DNA of 64,000 bases from the human T2T-CHM13v2.0 reference genome, Homo sapiens: NCBI RefSeq assembly GCF_009914755.1, contig NC_060928.1; one strand, written 5' to 3'. Positions within the stretch are counted from its first letter, which is position 1. Each line of letters begins with the position of its first letter. The notes below the pieces were generated by a model that was given only the letters and a program-made list of their open reading frames with translations, searched no databases and was not told the origin of the DNA. Of this stretch, positions 53,674 through 64,000 are shown piece after piece. Made by a program: the position numbers and the translations under genes.

Positions 53674-54218
53674 TGTATTAGTCAGAGTTCTCTAGAGGGA
53701 CAGAACTAATAGGATAGATGTACATATGAAGGGGAGTTTATTAGGAGAATTGACTCACACGATCACAAGGTGAAGTTCCACAATAGGCTGTCTGAAAACT
53801 GAGGAGCAAGGAAGCCAGTCCAAGTTCCAAAACCTCAAAAGTAGGGAGGCCAACAGTGTAGCATTCAATCTGTGGTCGAAGGCTGGGGGGCCCTGGCAAA
53901 CCACTGGTGTAAGTCCAAGAGCCCAAAAGCTGAAAAACATGGATTCTGATGTTCGAGGGCAGGAAACATCCAGCACAGGAGAAAGATGAAGCTCAGAAGA
54001 CTCAGCAAGTCTGCTCTTTCCAACATCTTCTGCCTGCTTTATCCTAGCTGCACTGACAGCTGATTAGACGGTGCCTACCCAGATTGAACGTGTGTCTGCC
54101 CCTCCCAGTCCACCGACTCAAATGTATCTCTTTTGGCAACACTCCCACAGACACACCCAGGAACAATACTTTGCATCCTTCAATGCAGTCAAGTTGACAC
54201 TCAATATTAACCATCACA
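53674..54218 (-). mobile_element. MLT2A (HERVL) solo LTR, MLT2A2-like length
   Basis: tgtattagtcagagttctctagagggacagaactaatagga...tcaatattaaccatcaca; TG...CA ends; 5-bp TSD actac at 53669-53673 and 54219-54223. Confidence 0.92.
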
Positions 54219-54592
54219 ACTACTAATTTTTAAAAAACCAGTCTCACATAGGTTGATAAAATCTTGACTGTCATTTTGGTGAAAATTAAAAGACCTTTTT
54301 ATTATCATTTGTTTTTTCCACAGGGAATTACTGCCAAATCCATATCATGAATTCCCCAAAAAAGTATTTAATAAGACAGCACTTAAATATAACAGAAAAT
54401 ATATGTTAGAGCTAAACTCACTAATAGTATAATTTACACTTCTGCAAAAGATCATAATTTAATTTTTTTATTCAATGTGGTAGAAGACCAAATTAATAAT
54501 TATAAAATTCTCTACTCACTGATTTTTCTGGATGTAGCCTCTGTTATGGAAGAATAAAATATAATACTGTTTTAAAAGATACTTGAGATTAA

Positions 54593-55019
<427 letters not shown>

Positions 55020-56877
55020 TGACTTGTTAAAGTTTCTAAAGTTGATTTGTGAATGGAGAAAGAAATAGAATGTCTTTCTTGCAATGTCAATTCAATATCG
55101 AATTCAATATTTTTTTTGGTGCTCATCTTCTTTTAAGATCTGTAAGACTGAAATGTTTATGTGCGCACTGTAAAAAAGGTTCTGTCTAAAGCCTGAAAAA
55201 TAATTTTTTTTTGCAAAGAGTTTCTATGTTCATTTCAAACCTTTGGCAGTATTATATCTAGAATTTTTTTTTGTTCTCTTTTTCTTTTTCTTTTTTCCTT
55301 TTTTCTTTTGATTAAGATCCTCACTTCTCACAGGGGGAAAAAGAGGAAAAGCGAAATTTTATAAAAGGGCAGTTCTGACCTAGGAAGAGGAAAGAAGGTT
55401 TTAACATAGAGGAAAGCTGAGGTATATCTTTAAAGTAGAGTAGGAGGTTCTCACTACATCATTTTGCTTTAAGTGGATGTAAAGGAAAAGTTACCAAGTG
55501 TTTTCTTGCTTGAACAAAGATAGGTATTTTCTCATGAAGCTTTGAAAGGTTTTCTAGTTGAAAAGTAATGTGAAAAACAATAACTTCTGCCACTGAATGA
55601 TTGTTATAAGCCTCAGTACCTTCAATAAAAAGATGCTTCTGTTCAATTTCCAGTCACATCAAATTCTCATTACGAGAAGCTAAATCCCATCTCTCCATGA
55701 GCCAGACTGTATCAAAAGTAGCAGATTTATGCATTAAGTTTTGTAACATATGCTTACATCCCATATAGCCCAGGTCACAAAGCAAATTCTAGGACTTTTT
55801 CCCCTCAATGAATACCAGGATTGGATGCCAAGCTTCAAGGAGACCAAGAGCAGGAAAGTACTTGTGGACAAGGTGTCCTTGAAAAATAAGAAAGACATCC
55901 TATTGCTTTTTGAAAACAAAATTGTCCAGTTCCCAACAGGTTGCACAAAACCCATTTTGTGTTAAAGAAAACAAAAGATTTATAAGAGTATTATTTAGAA
56001 TCTATAAGAAAAAAAAATAGAGAGATAATATAATAAAGAGAAATAAAGAGAAAATAAAGTCCCTAGGGTAGAAAACCAAAAGGTCTTCTTAATAATTTCC
56101 ACGCCATTCTCTCTTCTCATGTTACTTGCAAAATGTTAGATATTGCTATTTTTTTTTCTAAGGTGGATAAGAAAATCAGACTAAATGCCATTGTAGTTGA
56201 ATTTCCCAGAATGACTGTGGAAATTGGGATACAAAGGTACAGACGTCAATAATAAATGCTAGGGTTCAACACACAAACTTAAGTCAAAACACCTCTCACC
56301 CTACCAGTAAAGAGGCCAAGGGACATGCCCCTAAGATGGCTGTGCCTTTAAAGACAGCTGTGTTTAGCAGTGAAGAGTACCTCTGCTAGGCAGAAAGATG
56401 AACACTGCTTTTACAAAGAAAATAGGTCAACTGATATGACAGAATGAAAGCAGGATTTTGTCAATTTTTTTAAGGCAGAAAAACTGACAATGAAAGGAAA
56501 AAATCAAGGTTACAAAAATGATGTGTTTTCTTATTGGCAACATGTCCACTGTCGTACTTAGAGTCCACAGTTTGCTGTGTTTGAGAGTGTTGGCTTCATT
56601 TTAAGATGTAACTAAATCCAAGTATTTAATGGAATGGTACATCCTTACCTGTGTTTCCCAAAACAGATGCAAAGGGTTCTCCAGAATAGGCAAATTGAAA
56701 AGGAATAAGGTGACAGGGCTGGAAAAGCAGCAGCAACATTTTGTAACAGAATGGTTTGAAGATTAAAATGAAATGAGGCCTATCTATAAGGCAATAGCAG
56801 TGATAGAAATAGAAAATTAGAATCCAGTTTATAGTTACACTGTAAATTACAATCATCAATTCATATATATTAGAGCC

Positions 56878-57382
56878 ATGGAGTTGATTGCAAAAATGGC
56901 CATAATACATTTGAGTATCTCCAATCAAGAACTTGAGTCTATTTGCCCATTCTTGAATTTGGGGTGGTGTTGGGACTTGCTTTGGCTAAAGAAAGTGGCA
57001 GAAATGATATTGTCTAGCTCTGAGCATAAGCGTGAAAATAACTTGCAGTTTCTTTCTCACTTCTCCCTCTCTCTCTTTCTGAGAACCCGCCACCTCCATT
57101 TGCACAAGCCCAAGTCCAGTCTAGCCTTCCAGTGGATGAGTCATGGCACAGCTATGGCTATGGCTCTACCCAACAGTCAGCTAATCCCCCGAAGCAGAGC
57201 CTTTTCACTGACCAGCAGCTGCCCACCTACACATGGGTTAGTCCAATTGTATCAACAGAAGAACTACCCAGCTGATCCAAACCAAATTTCCAACCCACGG
57301 ATTTATGAGCCAAACAAGCAGTTGTTATTTCAAGACCCTAAGTTTAGTAATGATTTCTCACACAACAAAAGATAGTAGATAG
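56878..57382 (+). mobile_element. MLT1G/H-like MaLR solo LTR
   Basis: attgcaaaaatggcca...gacttgctttggc...gtggcagaaatga...agaagaactacccagctga...ttgttatttcaagaccctaagttt. Confidence 0.7.
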
Positions 57383-58199
57383 AATCCATATAGAAACTTC
57401 CCGCAAGTCAGTTAGTTATTAACCCATTTTGCTAAAACTTTACTGAATAGGAACTATGTGCAAGCACGCTAACAAAGCTTATTCATAGTCCTTTGGGGAA
57501 ACAGAACTCCCTGGTGTGTAATGTGAGGCTTGCAGTTTACCTGGGGAAGCCAGGAAGGCTTGGAGCAGAGAACACCTCAGTGAGGGCTTAAAATAGATTG
57601 ATGAGTGGATCAAGTGAAGTAAGGTGGGACAGTTATGTCAGGCAGAGGAAATGATAAAGGTATAAAGAAGTAAAATAGCAAGGCATAAGCAGAGAGGTAC
57701 AGGAATTTATAGTAGAAAAATGTAGTGTCTTAAGGAATGGCAAAAAAAAAAAAAAAAAGAAAGAAAGAAAAAAAAGAAACTCAGCAGTTAATAAGAACCA
57801 GACCATGGAAGACTGGAGGCTCCCATAAATATCTTGGATTGAAGTATATTGATAAAGGCTTAGGCCAGTAGTCCTCAAACAGTAGGGTACATGAAAATGA
57901 TCTGAATAGAACTTTTGAGGACTCTCTTACCCATAAATTAAGATTCAGCAAGTTTTTGATGGAGCCCAGACTTTGGGCTTTAAATTTTTAAATTTTACAT
58001 TTTTAATATGGAATGTTGGAGTATCTGATGCAGGTTGTTCATGGACCACACTTTGAAAAATATTACTGTAGGGAATGGGAGGAGTCCAGTAGTGGTTTAA
58101 AAAAATGGAGTAACTCAGGCACTCTCATATTATTTTCAGGTCAGTATTTAAGACTGATTTTTCTTAAATCAGTCTCTGGTATGGACAAAATATATAAGG

Positions 58200-59205
58200 T
58201 TATAATATAATATGGAATATTACTTAGTCTATAGAACATATTCAAATTTCTCCAATTGTTCCACCAATGCTCTTTTTTGGATCAGGATCCAATCCAAACA
58301 CACACTTCGCATTTAGTTGTCATGTTTCCTTAGCGTTCTTTAATATGAAACAGTTCCTCAGTCTTTCTTTGTGTTTTATGACCTTGACGATTTTCATGAG
58401 TACTGGCCAGGTATTCTGGATGCCCTTGCACCAATGAGCCCAGCTGATTCCCAGACTTTGGTTTCTAAATACCACTCTCCAATATAAGAAAACTATGGCT
58501 CCTTGGAGAAACAGCTGAATCCAGGGCTGAAGGAGAAAAAATAAGATGAGCCTGAAATATTTTGTGCTAGAAAATACCAAAGAGTTAAAAAGAAAGAAAG
58601 AAAGAATAGGCACATTTCAAAAAGACAAAGTAGCCAACTTGATTGGTGATCCTAAAGGTCAAATACAGAAACACTGAATAACAGAATAAATCTTGATCAT
58701 AAGGGATTATAACCTGTGGAATAACGTAAGGGTTCATGTGTCTGTACTAACACAAATAAGTGAGTGAACAAATGAATGAATGAATAAGTAAAGGAGAAAA
58801 GAAAACTTTTCCTTACTATAAAACTACAACTTGTTTCTAAGTTAAGGAATTATTGAACCAGAAAATTACCATTTGGCAAACACCACAGTAATAGTTGTTT
58901 CAGGCAAGAATCATTAACGGATACTAAAATTAGTGGCAAAGGTGTGATAAATTACAGGATATTTAAATTCTCTCAAATTATTTTCCCATGAGATACTTAT
59001 AGAGTACAAAGAAATATAGTGCCTTTGTAGTGAAGAAATCTGGCAAACACCACCCTCCCCAAGTGATCAAAGTTAACATTTTCAGTAATGGAATAAATTG
59101 GCATCAAGAGTCTTCGGATAAGACATGTTGATAAGGTCACAACCTCACTTTCTGGTATCCTTGCCAAAAATGCAAAACTGAATTTAAATATGAGAAAACA
59201 TCAGA
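58200..59205. mobile_element. Old L1M fragments (L1MB-like antisense ~58200-58420; L1MC-like sense ~58430-59205)
   Basis: caggatccaatcca...gcatttagttgtcatgt; then ttggtttctaaataccactctccaata...gaagaaatctggcaaacaccacc...caagtgatcaaagttaacat. Confidence 0.6.
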
Positions 59206-59255
59206 GGAAGTGCATTGACTGTCAGAGCCTCATCGACCTAGTATAAGAGACACAC

Positions 59256-59423
59256 CAACGTACGTACACTCATATGTGTTAGAGGCACTTTCAGTTTGGC
59301 ATTCATTCAGTTCACAAAGAGATCCATTTAAAGACTTTACAACGTACGTACACTCATATGTGTTAGAGGCACTTTCAGTTTGGCCTTCATTCAGTTCACA
59401 AAGAGATCCATTTAAAGACTTTA
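59256..59423. repeat. 84-bp tandem duplication
   Basis: Units 59256-59339 and 59340-59423 differ at one base (ggcAttc/ggcCttc). Confidence 0.97.
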
Positions 59424-62400
59424 CAGAAGAAAAATGACAGGATGAAAACTGTGCCTCGAGGAGATTAAACTGGAAGCAGAAGGTAGGATACAAAATGAAG
59501 GGGGTGGAAATGAAAGCTATGGAAGGCATTGATGCCTGTAAGTGATCTATTACATTATTTCAGGCACATAGTCATAATAATCTCAACCAGAGTAATGGCC
59601 ATAGAAATGGAGAAAAGGAAAGTTAACACAGAAATAATATGAAGAATAATGGCAATGATTTTTGCATTGAATGTGAAGGAGATGTAAAAGGAGGGGAAAA
59701 AAGAGTCTTATTTACTAAACAGGGCACCTGGGTGTCTATGCAGAAGGTGAGTCAATGGAAGCAGAAGGAATGTGATCCTGTACTTTCAAAGAAGGGAGTT
59801 CTGTTTCAGGCAGATATTTGAAGGTATTATTGAGATATCCTAAAGAGAATGTCTAGTAGGCAGCAGAAAAGGTGAGATTGCTATCTGGGAAAGAGGGATA
59901 ACACATAGGAATGATTGCCTTTGATGTGACACTTGGTTTACAGAGAATATGTAACTTGTCCAGTGTTACAAAGCCAGTAAAAGGCACAATCAGTATTTAA
60001 ACCCCACTTCTAGGTTCAGAAGTTTCTTTGGCCCATATAATGTTCTGTGTGTATTGGGACTCTCCAGGAGGTTGAAAAGAACTGTAAACCTCTATTACTA
60101 TCAGTTTCTAAGTGCACAATTAGACTTATGTGCAAAGTTATAACCAGCTCATTTTTTAAAAAAGCAAAAGAATAAGTGAAGCTCTCTTTTCATCTGTGAG
60201 TTCCATTGGGCTTTATATAGAAGTAAGGACTACATTCAGAGCCTTGTAAGGTTTTTGATAGTCACGTGATTGACTGTCAGAGCCTGGTCCATCTCAGAGA
60301 CCATCCCCTCAAACGCTATCCTTTTACACATCAGGTATCTGATCCTGCACATTCAAATATTTATATGTAGGTTAGATGGGAAAGACATTGGTATAATTAA
60401 TTTAATTTTCACTAGGTCTCAGCCTATTTTAAGAGCAGTCAGGAGCTAGAGTTTTCGGTCTTCATTTCCTATATAAATTGGCAAAAGTGTTGCATTCTGA
60501 ATAACTATACTGTAGAAGTACATCGTCCTTTGAATAAATTCGAATCCATACACAGCAACACAACTGAGGTCAGGTCAGAGGGTGGGCAGAAGACCCATCA
60601 CTTCACACACTGGGTCCGAGAGCACAGCTGCCCTGACAGGAAAGGAGGGGCAGGGCAGATGTCGCTGATCACTAACTACAACTAGTCACTCTTCCAGTAG
60701 TTCCCTCCCAGTGGGTGGTGAAAGTTGTTCTTTAGCTCATTATCTCCCCCTTCAGCCTTCCGATAAAGGAAGATGATGAAGTTAAAAGAAGCAGGGAGGC
60801 TCAGCCCCTCTGTAGAAAAGGTAGAATGAACAAGAGAAGTATCCTTCATTTTAGGTAATACATGAAAATGTTGAATAAATATATGCTGAAATAAGTAAGT
60901 TTATCTCAATAAATATTTTTTCTTATTTCTGATACCTGTAATAACAGTGAAATAGATATATACATATGGGAAAAGGTACACTTTAAAAAGCATATCTCCT
61001 ACATAAACACAGCACTTTGTAAATCACCACAGCCAAAGTAATCACATTCTTAAATAAGAATGTGAGTTCATTACATACTGTAAGGAAGGTTTTTCATTAT
61101 TGCTCTTTATTTACTTACGCTCCTGTAAATGAATAAGAAAAAAAGAAAACCATTTCCAATTCAAGTAGTCTCAAGGCATACTCTAGCTGCTTGCAATTAA
61201 AACACAAATTTACCTAAGACATTGCTTGGCTCAAACAATCATATTTTTCAAATAGTTCATGAGATTTGTTAATAAGAGCTGAATGCTTTGGAACAGAGCA
61301 AGGCTTCAATTAAAGGATTACAGTTCCAGAGCTAAACTGGGAGAGACTGTGAGCTCAAGGCTGAACCTTTCCCCTCTGCATTCTTTCCCTCTGATTCTAG
61401 TTTGGCTTTGATTATTCTTTCCCCTTTTCCTTTCTTTTTTTATTCTTTTTTTTTTTCCACTTGCTGCTGGACAGAATTATAAATTACAGGGAGAAAGAGC
61501 AGTCTGATCTTACCAAGGAAGTTCTTTTTCTCAAGTCGTTTCTTTCGTTTTCAAGGTGTTTCCCAACTCTGGCCTTACTTTGTAAGACCTGAAACTTCAT
61601 CACTTCTGGTAACTTACCAAGGTCCAAAGTCTGCCACAGAACTACCTGAAGGCTTGAATCACCCAGATATCGGCTTGCTGGCATGGAACTCTTCTTGTTT
61701 TTCCTCATATACAAATAGGATTTAGAAATGTTTAAGCAATAATTAAATGAAGAAATAAGGAAAAGATTTAGATATTGGACTTCATTGTTATCACCATTTC
61801 CTTATTCACTTTATTTTATATCATGTACATATCTAAGTATCCAAAGAAGTTAATGAAACATGAGTACTTAATGTATTTTTCCAAAAATATCCAAATTAGA
61901 ACTGTGACAAGTCTCAAAATAAGGTCTCTTTGCCATCACTGATATATTGAGAGCAGAAAAAAATACATTAATAATCCTGTTAGATAATCATGGATATAAT
62001 TAACAGCTACAAAGATGATATTACTTGATAGGATATATTTCAATATACAATTTAGCGCCACTCAGGATTGAAGCAGAATTGCTTCTCTGTTGGAAAAAGT
62101 ATCAAATAGATATTTTTAACTTCTCAGTAGGTGATAATTTAGTAGCTCAGAGAAATATTTTATAGGCATATGGAACAAATTAGTATGGTAATTGCAAATG
62201 GATTATTAATACTGACAAGTCATAAGACTTAACCTTTTCAAATGTAACTGCTGAGACTAGAATTTAAACTAAACATTGTGATGTTTACCTAAAATGTTTT
62301 AGATAAATCAGAGATAAGATTAACAAATTACTTAAATATACTATGTAAATTTTTAGCCTGTATGAATAATAATGGGAAATAATATTTGCTACATTGCACA

Positions 62401-64000
62401 CAATTGTACACACATACACAGTCTGTCTCTCTGCCTTACAAAAAAGTAGAAACAAAAGTTTTGGGGATAATATCAGCATCTAAGAAATATAATATAAAAA
62501 TATCACATTATTGGAAACCAGTACACAAAAATGAAAAGCAAATGAATATGCAAAATATCTACCACTGCAAATAAACATGGATTTTTTTTTTTTTTGCTAA
62601 AAACAACATATTCCTCTCTATGTTGAAATATGTTTCTACCCCACAAAGGAGTGGTTTGCTTGCTTTTGCTTATTAACAGCCAACCATGTAGTGCTAAGCA
62701 TGTGCCAAGTCTGTTCTAAGTGTTTCATAAATGTTAAATCACTGAATTTGCATAACAAACAAACCTATGAGGTGAACTCTGTTATCATGACTACTTTACA
62801 GAAGGGAGAAACTGGGCAAAAGAGATAGGACTGAAACTCAGGCAGTCTCTAACGGGATCTCTACCCTTGACACCGTGTATGCTGGTGATTAGCTCCTTTC
62901 TCTGCAATGTAGTTGTAAAAATTTCTCTAAGGTATAGATAACTCAAAATTGAGGATTATATTCTAAGAAGATTCATTGCAATGTAAAAGTTATCACTAAC
63001 ATCCAAATTCGCATTCTGATAGCTCATTGAATTTGTGCTTTCTTCCCTGAAAAGCTTTCATATAAAACAAAGGTCCGCATGAAAAATGAAGGATGCTTTC
63101 CTCTTACCACTGACAAAGAATACAGTGATTAGATACATTAAAAATTCATATATTTAACAAATGCCACCTCTCATACATAAATTTTCTGTGTGTACAAAAT
63201 ACATAGGTAATAAAATAAAATCAACATTATTTTTCTTCCATTCCTCCTCCAATATAATTTATTGACTTAGTTGAGTAGCTAGGTGCAAGAATCAACAAGA
63301 ACCCCTCTTCCAAAAATGCAGGAAGTAGAGAATAAACACAACTAAAGAGAAAAATTAGTTTGTGCCTCCCTATTGAGAATAACAATATATACTTAAGAAG
63401 TCACATCATTTTTCTGTGTCTATGAACCAACAGAAATAAACTAACATTGCTTCTTTATGTATTTCATTTCACACTCAATAATAAAGTGAGTTTCAATGAC
63501 ATTAATAATATGTTCTCTTGGTAAACAACCATATCCCAAGAGCCTCATATTCTTCCTCTTTTTTTAAATCCCTGAACATTCATTTGAAAATTAACTTACA
63601 GCTCTTATTACACTTGTTCCTATAGCCACTGAAAATTTTCAGCACAATAAAAAAATTAAGTAATATTTTACTGTATTTTTTTTTCCATTGGGAAGTAATA
63701 GGGGTAACATTTCTTAAAGTGTTTTAATTGGGTAGGGAAGGAGTAAAATACAAATGGAAAGTTTGGTTGAAAAATAATTTTTAGTTAATTTGAGTGGGGA
63801 GATAATACCCTACAATTGACTATAAGCTACATGAAGGCACGATCTGACTTGATTCTGAACTTGATAAGAAATCTAACACCCAGAAGATGCTCTATAATTA
63901 AGCCATTTAAAGTATATTTAAAGAAGAATAAAAAAATTTGTTAGCAATTTTTAAACAATCTAACTCATTTTAACTGTTTTTTTCAAATAACAAAATGCTT

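Noticed and set aside
56878-57375. 165-aa ORF, the longest outside L1
   Set aside because: Coincides with an MLT1 LTR; no recognisable domain
59256-59423. CRISPR-like or other prokaryotic repeat system
   Set aside because: Only two adjacent units with no spacers; the window is primate DNA with no cas-like ORFs

Overview
AT-rich primate (human-like) genomic DNA, intronic or intergenic; I recognise no host protein-coding exon and cannot name the locus. The window is dense in transposable elements: Alus (including a FAM monomer and AluY), two 5'-inverted (twin-primed) L1PA insertions with clear target-site duplications (TSDs), solo LTRs (MER39, MLT/MST, MLT2A, LTR16/33/41), hAT/Tigger DNA transposons, MIR/L2 relics and several microsatellites. 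The only real coding signal is L1 ORF2 (17825-19270 on +, C-terminal part on -). The most unusual observations are DNA-repair-like scars. A ~120-bp patch at 32321-32443 is built from three pieces copied (two forward, one inverted) from 29751-29808. A junction at ~59.2 kb carries a 17-bp match to a site 1 kb away plus an 84-bp tandem duplication. There are also clusters of short perfect inverted repeats and a few candidate spliced exons. Repeat family names come from recalled consensus sequences, not a database search, and boundaries of old elements are approximate. I found no convincing novel gene system.
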